This document shows positions 1 through 9,838 of a stretch of 64,000 nt of DNA, one piece after another; position 1 is the stretch's first letter; the number at the start of each line of letters is the position of its first letter. The notes below the pieces were generated by a model. That model was not told where the DNA came from, ran no database searches, and was given only the letters and a program-made list of their open reading frames with translations. The DNA is taken from IMG/VR virus record IMGVR_UViG_3300037067_006336, positions 64,001 to 128,000 of that record, one strand, 5' to 3'. The position numbers and the translations under genes were made by a program. Origin of the DNA: a virus. Lineage: Duplodnaviria > Caudoviricetes.

Positions 1-393
1 TGATGCCTTTCCACCGTATGCCGGCATGATGTAATTCTCGATACCAACGATCATCATCGATGGTTTACACCTTGTAACCTTGTCAAGTATTATGTTCATG
101 ATCTTCTTGGTTGCTATCATTGATTTCAACGTGATATCACATTGATCAAGGTTGTTCATGTTACCCAATGACATGTGTAACTTGGTTGACGTTATGTTAG
201 ATGGTAACCTGTAAACAGTATCATTGATATTTATCACATGCTCTGGTGAGTAATCCCGGTTGTCCTTCCTTGATTGATCATCGAACATCACCCGGTGGAA
301 CTCGACCGATGTAACATCATGATCATGTACCACCATGAACGTTATACCCGTGCGTGAGAAGCTTAAATCAATCCCGATTATCAATGCATCCAT
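1..393 (-). CDS. RuvC-like Holliday junction resolvase (partial, runs off window)
   Basis: Not in ORF track. Manual translation from ATG 393: MDALIIGIDLSFSRTGITF...MIVGIENY, giving the RNase H-fold IGID..S..TG strand and a second acidic residue (VGIE). Confidence 0.65.
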   Translation of the reverse strand, partial: MDALIIGIDLSFSRTGITFMVVHDHDVTSVEFHRVMFDDQSRKDNRDYSPEHVININDTVYRLPSNITSTKLHMSLGNMNNLDQCDITLKSMIATKKIMNIILDKVTRCKPSMMIVGIENYIMPAYGGKAS

Positions 394-405
394 GGATCAT
401 GAAAA

Positions 406-888
406 TTATACCTTCCTTACATGATGGTTCAAACGGTACGGGTTACCATCCCTAGATACGAATGACACGCTGCTAACCATCATGAAATCTTTCCTATTTA
501 CGGGTGGTATGAAAAGGGTACCGTGCATGCATATACCGCAGTACACGACCTCGATTATATCATCTATCACGTCGTGTAAATCCTTGAATATGTTGTAACC
601 ACCCACCATCATGATGTTAGCGTGTGATGCCAACACTGTCTTGTTGAACGATGACACGTGACAAACACCACCGACGGTAACAGGGCATTGAACATCACCC
701 ACCATTGTGATGTCACATGATGTTCTGAGGTTTTCCATCAGGCAAGAATAAGGGGGTGATAGTAGTACCATGTTTCCCCTGCATACCCTTGTTAAGAGGG
801 ATAACATGATGTCACTTGAACATGGCAACGGTAATCCCCTGGATAATACCGAACCAGGTTCGTCCCGTGTTATTACCATCCTTACCAT
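406..888 (-). CDS. hypothetical protein
   Basis: 160-aa ORF tightly packed between co-oriented neighbours. Confidence 0.55.
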   Translation of the reverse strand: MVRMVITRDEPGSVLSRGLPLPCSSDIMLSLLTRVCRGNMVLLSPPYSCLMENLRTSCDITMVGDVQCPVTVGGVCHVSSFNKTVLASHANIMMVGGYNIFKDLHDVIDDIIEVVYCGICMHGTLFIPPVNRKDFMMVSSVSFVSRDGNPYRLNHHVRKV

Positions 889-889
889 G

Positions 890-3241
890 TCACGTGTTGA
901 ATTTGAAACTACTGAATATAGATTGCTTGGTGATGTTGTATTCTTTCCCGTTAACCTTGAACATGCACGTCACATCGAAACATGTTTTCCTGTTTACCCT
1001 GTACTTCAGTGCGTAATCGGTGGTGTCATGAAGTATCTCCCGGGTGAATGAATCCTGGACAACCCATCGTATGTCGGTTTCCTTCACCACGTACCTGTCA
1101 TCGATTGTGCAGGCGAACACGTCACCGATCATGAGGTATGCCATGTTGATACCCCCGTTACTTTCTACATCCGACAGGTGCGACATGACGCTACGCACGC
1201 ACGTGTATGTTTTTATGCCGTCCTCTCCCGTGACATCAACCGTGTAAGGACCAGGGGACACGTATGTCGCCAAGGGGTTACCCGTCAACGGGAAATCGAA
1301 GTTAACGGGTGTCTTGGATCTTGATAACCCTTCCATCTCGTATATGCTTTCCGTGTCACCTGTGTTTACATCAAGTAACATGATGTTGTAAAGGTTCTTG
1401 TCTAGTGTCACGCCTGTTTCAGTTGGCATTATCATGTAGTAATCCGTCACGGTGTTGTCCCCGTTATCTATCTCCATGATGGTAATGAATATGAAATCGT
1501 TCGGTTGTTCGTGATCACCGTACTCCATGTAAGGTACGTTGGAGAACTCGCACGTGTTAACATCGAACACTTCCATGACTAGTTCCTTTCCCATCTGGAC
1601 AGGGAAGGCGATGATATCAATGTAAGGGTTAACAAGACATGTTGGTATGCTTGAAGTTATATCGATGGTAGGCGTGTACTTGTTGAAATCCACCAGCATG
1701 TACCTGTCGTTCCTTGTAAGGTAACGGTACATTGTTGATGGATCGCTAGAGAAGTACTGCTTCAGGTCATCAGGTACCGATGTTAACGGTAACACGTACT
1801 CCTTGTAAGAGTTGTCGGGCATTGTTGATAACTTCCCCGGTGAATCCATATCTTGCGTGGTTGTCGTGTTTTCACTCACGATGAAGCTGCTGAAGGCCAT
1901 GAAATCAATCCTGGCTACATCGTTCGACACGGTGAAATCGTAGAAGTACTTGTCCATGGCGTTAAACTTGTCCCACGTGTACACGGTAAGGTTGTAGTTA
2001 CCTGTCCTGTTGATGACAACCAACCTGGATATATCGCTGGAAACGTACACCTTGTCGACCGTGTACTTGATTCCAGTACCAATATTGGTTAATACCATCA
2101 TCACGTACGCTTCTTTCACGGTAATCGATACGTGTAGACACGAGCCGAAATCCCGGCGTAACAAGGTCATGTCGCCGGTGTAATTAACATCGTCAAACAC
2201 TTCCGATACCACGTCATACATGCTAGGATCATTCAATACCGGGGTGTCGTCATCGAACGTTACCTTTATTTCAGACAGGTAAACACCCGGTAATTGTTGC
2301 AGGCAGTTCTTTACAAGTATCACTTCCTCGTCTGACTTGTTGAATGCTGACACGTTGATACTGGTGTAACGTCTTAGTAACGCCACATCATTCTCGTGAA
2401 CCTTTGACATGGACATGGTTATGCCACGGAATTTAGCGATGTTGGAACCGTACTCGAGACCGAACAACCTGATTAACTGTTCCTCGCACGTGAAGTATTC
2501 GTTAGCGACTGATATGGCGTTAATCAATACCCTCTTGAAGTCGTCCAGGTCGTTTATAGATGTAAGACATACCGGCATGTTGTTCTCGTCAAGCCCCCCG
2601 TCATCGAAGTTCTCGTACCACACGTGGTAGTATCCGTTCTTGACATCTCTAGCCTTGTCAGGTTTCAACGTTATCGTTCCATCACTCTTCATGAACTCCT
2701 CGAGTATGCTCATCCTATCATCCTTGAAACCTATGAACTCGAAGAAGTACTCGATGGATCTTATGGTACCTTTAACCTTCAACATGCGCTTGTAATCGAG
2801 CAGGAGTCTCTTTATCAAGTCTGACTTGTCGAAATCAACCGGTATACAAGACTCTATTGTATCGTATGATGGTAGACCTGCATTGATCAACATGTCCTTG
2901 TAATGCTCGTTACCCCTTGATTCACTCATGATATTATCAAGCACTAACGTCATCGAGTAAGAAACAATACTACTACCGTTCGATACCCTCATGGTAATAC
3001 TAGTGTTATCGACCGGTATGTAAACAGTGTACCCGTTATTACCTGTCATGGATTGACCGCTTGTTATCAATGGTTGGTTGTTATTGATAACCACGGAGTA
3101 CAATGTTGCATCACCCGATATGATATCAATAGTTACAGGCATGTAAGAGTAAACATACGTGCAGTTTGACTTGACAACACTTGATGTCTTGATAACTTCC
3201 TTGTTCGACCCGTACAGGATCACTGGTAATATCATGCTCAT
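890..3241 (-). CDS. virion structural protein, probable baseplate wedge component
   Basis: 783 aa; KVKGTIRSIEYFFEFIG resembles the KGT motif of baseplate wedge proteins; baseplate context. Confidence 0.5.
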   Translation of the reverse strand: MSMILPVILYGSNKEVIKTSSVVKSNCTYVYSYMPVTIDIISGDATLYSVVINNNQPLITSGQSMTGNNGYTVYIPVDNTSITMRVSNGSSIVSYSMTLVLDNIMSESRGNEHYKDMLINAGLPSYDTIESCIPVDFDKSDLIKRLLLDYKRMLKVKGTIRSIEYFFEFIGFKDDRMSILEEFMKSDGTITLKPDKARDVKNGYYHVWYENFDDGGLDENNMPVCLTSINDLDDFKRVLINAISVANEYFTCEEQLIRLFGLEYGSNIAKFRGITMSMSKVHENDVALLRRYTSINVSAFNKSDEEVILVKNCLQQLPGVYLSEIKVTFDDDTPVLNDPSMYDVVSEVFDDVNYTGDMTLLRRDFGSCLHVSITVKEAYVMMVLTNIGTGIKYTVDKVYVSSDISRLVVINRTGNYNLTVYTWDKFNAMDKYFYDFTVSNDVARIDFMAFSSFIVSENTTTTQDMDSPGKLSTMPDNSYKEYVLPLTSVPDDLKQYFSSDPSTMYRYLTRNDRYMLVDFNKYTPTIDITSSIPTCLVNPYIDIIAFPVQMGKELVMEVFDVNTCEFSNVPYMEYGDHEQPNDFIFITIMEIDNGDNTVTDYYMIMPTETGVTLDKNLYNIMLLDVNTGDTESIYEMEGLSRSKTPVNFDFPLTGNPLATYVSPGPYTVDVTGEDGIKTYTCVRSVMSHLSDVESNGGINMAYLMIGDVFACTIDDRYVVKETDIRWVVQDSFTREILHDTTDYALKYRVNRKTCFDVTCMFKVNGKEYNITKQSIFSSFKFNT

Positions 3242-3245
3242 GTTC

Positions 3246-3968
3246 TTACTCGATGTAAACTTTCTTTGACTGTATCTTCTTGGATGCTTCCACCACCATG
3301 GTGTTCTCCTGTGATAGGGCGGATATTATGTCGGGCATCATGGATGTTATAACCGCCCCGATGGAGGCGGTGAACGGGTTCGGTGTCGCCGCGGACGCTA
3401 TCGCCGTGAACAACGTTATGAACTTGTTGGTGATGTTGGAGTCATGCTTTAACATGTCTTGCATCTGCTTGACACTCTTGTCCCCGAGTAGTGATGCCTC
3501 GCTTGCCTCGTCACCGATATCGATCCTGTCCTTTGTCATGACGATGGAGTTGTTGGCGACGAATAATGATAGCTTGTCCACCTCTACCTGCACCTTTCCA
3601 TCCTTGTTACTGAACTCGATTCCCTTGGATTTGACGTACGTCAAACTAACGTCACCACGCTTGTAAACCTCAAGGTAAGTATCGTAATCACCATCGCTTA
3701 TGCTTGATGAACTCAAACCTACCTTCCTGCCGTAGAAGCATGTCGACAGGTTATTGTTGAACACCATGACGGGGACTACATCATCTTTCACCGGGATGTA
3801 CTCGAGACCGTTCCATGGGTAGTACCACGGGAGCAGGTCAACCGGTATCTCGTCGGTCATCGCGGCCACGGAAACCTTTACCCTCCATACTTTATCCGGG
3901 TCTGTCACGTCAACCACCTTGCCGAAGAAGATGTTGATGTTACCGTTACATTCAGGATAGTTCATCAT
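3246..3968 (-). CDS. baseplate hub/spike protein (gp5/gpV-like OB fold)
   Basis: FGKVVDVTDPDKVWRVKV...LPW...IPVKDDVVPV is the typical gp5/VgrG OB-fold pattern, followed by beta-rich repeats. Confidence 0.7.
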   Translation of the reverse strand: MMNYPECNGNINIFFGKVVDVTDPDKVWRVKVSVAAMTDEIPVDLLPWYYPWNGLEYIPVKDDVVPVMVFNNNLSTCFYGRKVGLSSSSISDGDYDTYLEVYKRGDVSLTYVKSKGIEFSNKDGKVQVEVDKLSLFVANNSIVMTKDRIDIGDEASEASLLGDKSVKQMQDMLKHDSNITNKFITLFTAIASAATPNPFTASIGAVITSMMPDIISALSQENTMVVEASKKIQSKKVYIE

Positions 3969-3969
3969 T

Positions 3970-5466
3970 TTAAAACCCCCTCCTGCTGTATATGATGTTA
4001 GGTGTGTTCACGTTGGACTGGTTTCTCGATTGACCCTGCCTTATACCCTTCTCTACCTCCGGCATGTTGTAAGCCGTGTTGAACGGTTGCCCGGTTGACG
4101 GGTTAATTTTCGGTTGCTGTTCCAGTAAACCCGTGGGGTTCTTTGTCCCGGTTGGTACCCAGTTGTCGTAAGCCTGCATGAAGTTATCGGAGAACCCCTT
4201 GAAAACCATGTTGTTTATCTTCGCTATATTGTCGTAAACGTACTTGTTCTCTATGTTCTGTATGCCAAGGTCAACGGTGTTCTCGAGCATTTTAACGGCG
4301 TAATCAGGGTCGGTGAACTTCATCAACGAGCTGCCGATAATGCTGTTCTCGCCTATTAAACCGTTCAGGTACTTGGCGGGTTTACGTGCCAGCTTGTTCA
4401 GTTCCCTCACCCCCGCCTTGGCTATGGAATCACCGAGCTTGGGGAGGTAACTCTTCACGTTACCCGCCGCCGTGTTGAGTACCTTGGCGAACGAGTTCTG
4501 CTTGCTGGTGCTGGACAGGTCGTTCGATACCTTGTCTTGTGCCGCTGCCAGCGCGAGCACCTTGACCAGGTCGAACTCGCCGAACAGGTTGTTGAACACG
4601 CCCTTGTAAGACGCGAACCTGAAGTTGAAAACGAAGTTGGTTCTCGTGAAATCTCCCCCCGGCTCGTTGGAAACCCTCTCGAAGAATGATTTACCCGATT
4701 CTTCCACGTTGAACGACGCATCACCCATGATGAACATGTGGTGGTTGAAGTCGTAGGTGTCCGAGTTCTCCACGAAGAACCCCTTTGACAGTTTCTTCAG
4801 CGTGGGGAACATCTTCGTCTCGTAGTCATCGTTGGTGAGACCGTTGTTCTCCAGCACGTCGTACAAGGCCATGTTGTAGTAACCGGAAGAGTATACCAGT
4901 ACCATCATATCTAACCTCCTCAAGTTAGCAGGTATAACCTCTACACCCCTAACGTTACAATCGAAACATATGTGGCGGTACATCGTTACCAGGGATTGAC
5001 ACATCATGTCGGCCGTTTCACGCAGCTCGAAGGATACTTTCGAATCCTCTTCCTTGAAAGACTCGTGTGGTTTCTTGGTAGCTATCTCGTCGAGCCCGGT
5101 GGAGTTGAGGAAGAGGAAGTCGTACTCCCTAACCAGTATCTTGAACAGCTCGATCCATTGCTTCAACATGTTGTAACGGTCTTCCTCGCCTATCCTCTTC
5201 AGGTAGGCTAGTGCCGAGTTGACGTTCGCCTCAGCCGACACCAGGCCGTAGGGTTTATCCCAGTCCACCATTACCTTGAAGTTGAGCGTGAGTGGATCGG
5301 CGAACCTGGCCATCAACGCGCGCATCTCCGGTGTCTCGAAGTATTCCGTCGTGCCGGCGCCCGTCTCGTACTGCTGTCTGTTGTTCGGGGTTATGCCGTT
5401 GATGGTAGTGGTCCCTCCACCAGCCAGGAATGATGTAGCCTTGTTAACCAGGTCGTTGAGTGCCAT
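3970..5466 (-). CDS. putative virion structural protein
   Basis: 498-aa ORF with strong C/G-ending codon bias in structural context. Confidence 0.45.
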   Translation of the reverse strand: MALNDLVNKATSFLAGGGTTTINGITPNNRQQYETGAGTTEYFETPEMRALMARFADPLTLNFKVMVDWDKPYGLVSAEANVNSALAYLKRIGEEDRYNMLKQWIELFKILVREYDFLFLNSTGLDEIATKKPHESFKEEDSKVSFELRETADMMCQSLVTMYRHICFDCNVRGVEVIPANLRRLDMMVLVYSSGYYNMALYDVLENNGLTNDDYETKMFPTLKKLSKGFFVENSDTYDFNHHMFIMGDASFNVEESGKSFFERVSNEPGGDFTRTNFVFNFRFASYKGVFNNLFGEFDLVKVLALAAAQDKVSNDLSSTSKQNSFAKVLNTAAGNVKSYLPKLGDSIAKAGVRELNKLARKPAKYLNGLIGENSIIGSSLMKFTDPDYAVKMLENTVDLGIQNIENKYVYDNIAKINNMVFKGFSDNFMQAYDNWVPTGTKNPTGLLEQQPKINPSTGQPFNTAYNMPEVEKGIRQGQSRNQSNVNTPNIIYSRRGF

Positions 5467-5477
5467 GATGATTTCCA

Positions 5478-5504
5478 GGGGGAAGGGTGTTCAATCCCCC
5501 TCCC
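5478..5504. promoter_or_regulatory. G-rich/C-rich hairpin between divergent genes
   Basis: GGGGGAAGGG..CCCCCTCCC imperfect inverted repeat. Confidence 0.35.
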
Positions 5505-5531
5505 GTATATACCCGTAAAGATGTCAATCAT

Positions 5532-6467
5532 ATGAACCTGCCAGTTATAAACCAGTTGAACGGTGACCGTTCCACGTACATCACCTTCTCTAAAGCCAAC
5601 CTGGACCATGATGCTTCAGACATCAAGGGAACACCCTACTACATGACGAGGATGGTGGCCATCGAGTTACCAGACTGGGATTACGCTAACTTTGACATTG
5701 ATCTGAGTTCGGTGGGTGTAGTGTCAACAAACCCTAACGTGAAGTTCTCCAAGGCTATCCAGTACTACATGGAGAACATAACGCGACAGGCCATAGGGTT
5801 AGGGCAGGTAACGGTAGAGGAGGTAACCGAACTGGCTTTCTGGAAGATGCTGGAGAAGATGGGGATGGATCAATCCTCCAGGGAAAGTTGCGTAAAGGTT
5901 GTGAACCGGGTGGCCACGTCTAACTTCGTTTCATCCGAGAACAACAACGGGTGGGGGGAGGTAGTGGCACAGGTACCCAACATGTGCCAGTTACTCACAC
6001 CCGCGTGGAGAACGGTAGCTAACATCGATGACATAGTTCAATGCACGGATGCCGACACGGCACTGTACGACAACGGTAACAAGGAATTCCTGTTCGGTGC
6101 AGGTAACGCCAGGGTCCTTGATTTCGGTAACATGATACTCGAGGACACGGTGCAACAGGAGATAAGATTCAACTGCATACTCATGTTCTACACGGATGGT
6201 AGCGGGGTGGAGAAACTGCACGGCATCAATTTCATGTACCCTTACGAATCGCACTTAACGTACTGGTCATTACCCACGTTCACGCAGGTTACCAACGAGT
6301 CTAACACGATAGGTTACCAGTTCAAGTTCTTCGTGAAGACGTGTAACAACCAGGCTTCACAACTCGTGGTAGAGCAACTAGAACAACACACGCACTGGGA
6401 CACGTTCATGGAAACCCTGTCCAAGTTGAACTCGTTCCTGGAGTTGAAGATGAAGGAAACAAACTAG
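5532..6467 (+). CDS. putative structural protein
   Basis: ORF; ATG 5532 preferred over upstream GTG; precedes baseplate genes. Confidence 0.5.
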   Translation: MNLPVINQLNGDRSTYITFSKANLDHDASDIKGTPYYMTRMVAIELPDWDYANFDIDLSSVGVVSTNPNVKFSKAIQYYMENITRQAIGLGQVTVEEVTELAFWKMLEKMGMDQSSRESCVKVVNRVATSNFVSSENNNGWGEVVAQVPNMCQLLTPAWRTVANIDDIVQCTDADTALYDNGNKEFLFGAGNARVLDFGNMILEDTVQQEIRFNCILMFYTDGSGVEKLHGINFMYPYESHLTYWSLPTFTQVTNESNTIGYQFKFFVKTCNNQASQLVVEQLEQHTHWDTFMETLSKLNSFLELKMKETN

Positions 6468-6468
6468 G

Positions 6469-6864
6469 ATGGATGAGATAGAATACATGGATTTGAACCT
6501 GCACGGTACGGGGATGATGGATAACGCGTTGATCGACCCGTTATCCCTGTACCTGCAAGAACTAGAGCTTGCGTTGAAGATACTACCAGGCGAGGTGTGG
6601 GGGGTAACTGATTCCGTGAACTTGAAGCGTTACCTGTTCAACAGGTACGTCACGATGACGTATATCCGTAACGAGATACTGGGGTTCATCAAGGTCAACT
6701 GCCAACATTCCACGGATTTCCAGACATCTGTAAACGTGGAGACGCTCGCTAACCCCACGGGTGGTGACATGGTGTACATAGTGATGACGGTTCACGTGCC
6801 AGGGGAAGGTGGCACGAACTTCGACGTGGTGCAGAAGTTCCTAGTAGGTGCTAACAGCTTGTAA
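6469..6864 (+). CDS. baseplate wedge subunit, gp25-like
   Basis: 131 aa, gp25-like size and pattern (GEVWG...LKRYLF), directly upstream of gp6-like gene. Confidence 0.55.
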   Translation: MDEIEYMDLNLHGTGMMDNALIDPLSLYLQELELALKILPGEVWGVTDSVNLKRYLFNRYVTMTYIRNEILGFIKVNCQHSTDFQTSVNVETLANPTGGDMVYIVMTVHVPGEGGTNFDVVQKFLVGANSL

Positions 6865-6872
6865 ATTTAAAT

Positions 6873-8384
6873 ATGACAACAGTTAAGAACATATTGAAAG
6901 ATTACCTCAGCGAGAGGGTACCGAGGAAAGTAACCAACGTCTTGTGGGAGATGTTCAACGGTTTCGAGGCTGCTTACGAGTTGATCGAGTACCGGTTGAA
7001 CGTTTCGAAACGAGAGAGGAACATAATCACGGCACAGAACTTGTCCAGTTTGAGGTCACATGCCGCGTCGAATGGTTTCGAGCCAACATTGATGATACCG
7101 GCGAGCGGGTTACTACAGGTAGAGGTTAACCCGAAGTTGTTCAAGAGGGCAGGATACCCGTTGTACATCACCCCTTACTCCACGTTCACTGACAAGATAT
7201 CGAAAAGGAAATATTACTACTCTAGTGACAAGACATTATCACTATCGAGTGGTTCCATGTTGATACCGGTAATCGAGGGAGAAGTAAAGACAGTAACATT
7301 CGATTCAACAGCAGATCATGTCAACAGGTTCTACTTGCTTGATCATAACATATCGAACGGTTCAGTAACACTAGAGGTTAACGGAACAAGATACCTCGAG
7401 GTTAAATCGTTCCCGGATAACAACGGTGTTAATAGTAACAAGCAATTCATGATCAAGTTCGGCAATGATATATCAAGACCTATCGTGATATACGCAACTG
7501 GTATCGATTACAAGCAGAAGGTTAATATATCATACAGGGTATGTAACGGTGAACTTGGTAACATCACCGGTCAACACGAGTTCGAGACTCAAGATATCAT
7601 CGATAACCTTGGTTCGATGGTTGAGGCTGGTGATGATGAGTTAACCATTGTTAATGTTAATGGTTTCGACCTTGGATCGAACGGTACCGACGAGAATATG
7701 TTACGTGCATCGATAGGTTTTAACCACGGTGTATCATTATTATTCGATAACCTTTCATACACTGCATTCATCGGTAAGTACTCGACACTGGTTTTACAAG
7801 GTATATCGAACCCTGATGATAACAAGCAGATAAATAACATAAGGGTATTCAAGAAGCAATCGATCAATACAAGCTCAACTAATCCAATCGACTTCATAAA
7901 CCAGTACAAGGATATCATATCGAACAACCGCTATGTGTTATCGAGTGTTGACAAGGTTAACCTGTCTAACACCATATCGAAGAATGAATACACGCTTACA
8001 TCACATAACCTGGTTGACCCTGTTACATGCAAGTTCGCGTTCCAGTTGTTGATGCCTGATGAGGCTACCATGGAAAAGCATTCACTGGCTGTCATGAAGT
8101 TGTTGTACGCGGGGTTCTCGACGTTCCTTCACAAGCGTGATCACGTTGTAAACATAGATTCCTTGATGAGTACATACATGCAGGATAACGACGTGAAGTT
8201 CGAGTACACCGTGTTCAACTCTATCGATGAATCAAGGAAACTAGATGGGAAGGTAGACGTGGTGACATCGTACATCGTGTCCCATGATTCTTACCTTCCT
8301 GTTATCAAGGGAGATTTCAACATATGTGATGCTGGTTTCAACGCTTACAAGCTGTTCTTCGACGTTAACGCCGTCGTGAAGTAA
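6873..8384 (+). CDS. baseplate wedge protein, gp6/J-like
   Basis: TAQNLSSLRSHAASNGFEP matches the gp6 N-terminal motif; IKFGND and YRVCNGELGN also gp6-like. Confidence 0.65.
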   Translation: MTTVKNILKDYLSERVPRKVTNVLWEMFNGFEAAYELIEYRLNVSKRERNIITAQNLSSLRSHAASNGFEPTLMIPASGLLQVEVNPKLFKRAGYPLYITPYSTFTDKISKRKYYYSSDKTLSLSSGSMLIPVIEGEVKTVTFDSTADHVNRFYLLDHNISNGSVTLEVNGTRYLEVKSFPDNNGVNSNKQFMIKFGNDISRPIVIYATGIDYKQKVNISYRVCNGELGNITGQHEFETQDIIDNLGSMVEAGDDELTIVNVNGFDLGSNGTDENMLRASIGFNHGVSLLFDNLSYTAFIGKYSTLVLQGISNPDDNKQINNIRVFKKQSINTSSTNPIDFINQYKDIISNNRYVLSSVDKVNLSNTISKNEYTLTSHNLVDPVTCKFAFQLLMPDEATMEKHSLAVMKLLYAGFSTFLHKRDHVVNIDSLMSTYMQDNDVKFEYTVFNSIDESRKLDGKVDVVTSYIVSHDSYLPVIKGDFNICDAGFNAYKLFFDVNAVVK

Positions 8385-8394
8385 ATTAAAGGAA

Positions 8395-8697
8395 ATGGAA
8401 ATATTCGACAACATCGAGATGAACGGTAACACGATCGGTAACGTTAGGGTGAATAATCCTACCGATCCTAAGCACCCCGTTAACTTGGAGTACTCGGCGA
8501 TGTTCGTGCCGAGGGAACTAGATTTCAACAACCAGGTATCGTTGAACGTGACACATGATCTTGGTAGGAACCCGGTGTCGTTGAAGGTCATACTACCTGA
8601 CGGATCCGAGCTTGAATGCTCCATGAACAACATATCTAACACCATGTTCTCCGTGCATTTCAACTCGTATATAACGGGTAAACTAGTATATTATTAA
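8395..8697 (+). CDS. small fibre adaptor-like protein
   Basis: Made almost entirely of the N- and C-terminal modules shared with downstream fibre genes. Confidence 0.5.
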   Translation: MEIFDNIEMNGNTIGNVRVNNPTDPKHPVNLEYSAMFVPRELDFNNQVSLNVTHDLGRNPVSLKVILPDGSELECSMNNISNTMFSVHFNSYITGKLVYY

Positions 8698-8721
8698 GAT
8701 AAAACATAAAACATTTCAAGC

Positions 8722-9798
8722 ATGACAGATAAGAAGTTCGGGGTACACGTTAACATGCTCGGTAACGAGATGAGGAACGTCTCACTGGAGAAATTACCAT
8801 CACACCCGGAGAACGTTGTTGACCCTGGTGACGGTTCGATCATCAAGCTACACGTTTACGAGGGGAGGATATACTACAACACCACCGATGATACCGTGTA
8901 CATCAGGACCGCGAACGCCTGGGTAGGGTTCGGTACTGGTAGTGGTAACGCCTTGATAACGGAGGACATACCTAATTTATTAGGGGCTGATCTCGGTGGT
9001 ATTACAACCACGGGTAAGCTCGATACGGGGTTAACCGTCACGCAGGCTTTCAAGAAGTTACTCACGAAGATTTTTAATCCCACGCTGGTACAACCATCGG
9101 TATCACTGGCATCATCTGTAACAGGCACGGTTGAGGTAGGTACTATCATAACCACGTTGAACCTGACGGCCACCTTCAACCAGGGGCAGATAATCGGTGC
9201 GTTAGTCGGTGATACATGGAACCCGTCCGCCGTTCAAACGTACTCCGGTACGGCATCGAACTACACGATAGACGGTGTTGATCTTGACATGGTAAACGTC
9301 CTGTCCAAACCATCTTACGTTGTCCAACCAGGTGCTAACAATTGGAACTGTGTTGTTGATCACGTGGCTGGAACCAACCAGCCCCAGAATAGCGACGGTA
9401 CGTTCTTACCTGTTTGCCCGGCTGGTTCGAGGCCAGCGACAACATCATTGAACGGTGGAAGGTACCATTACGTGGCGGTAGATACTACCGTTGTAGCGTA
9501 CACCACCAGCGGGGCTATACGGGCGTTGAGCAACAAGAACTTCACCCGTCAAACAACAATCAACGTCCCCACAAACACGCGCCAGGTATCTATCATGTTC
9601 CCCGCGTCTGAAGGATCGTTGACGAGGGCTATAAACAGCAGCACGGGTTACGATGACGCTGGTTCTTTCGTGTTATCCAGCGTGGTTGTTGAAGGTGCTA
9701 GCGCGGGGTACTCGGTGGCTTACAATGTATACACGTTCACGTTCGTCGGACCATGGGACGGGGCGGCGTTCACATACGCCTTGACTTTCAGCGCGTGA
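8722..9798 (+). CDS. tail/head fibre-associated protein (Ig-like)
   Basis: N-terminal KKFGVHVNMLGNEMRNVSLEKL...GRIYYNT module; Thr/Ser/Gly-rich beta domains. Confidence 0.55.
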   Translation: MTDKKFGVHVNMLGNEMRNVSLEKLPSHPENVVDPGDGSIIKLHVYEGRIYYNTTDDTVYIRTANAWVGFGTGSGNALITEDIPNLLGADLGGITTTGKLDTGLTVTQAFKKLLTKIFNPTLVQPSVSLASSVTGTVEVGTIITTLNLTATFNQGQIIGALVGDTWNPSAVQTYSGTASNYTIDGVDLDMVNVLSKPSYVVQPGANNWNCVVDHVAGTNQPQNSDGTFLPVCPAGSRPATTSLNGGRYHYVAVDTTVVAYTTSGAIRALSNKNFTRQTTINVPTNTRQVSIMFPASEGSLTRAINSSTGYDDAGSFVLSSVVVEGASAGYSVAYNVYTFTFVGPWDGAAFTYALTFSA

Positions 9799-9838
9799 CC
9801 AGTTTAGATTTTTAACAGGAAACAAAACATAACAGGAA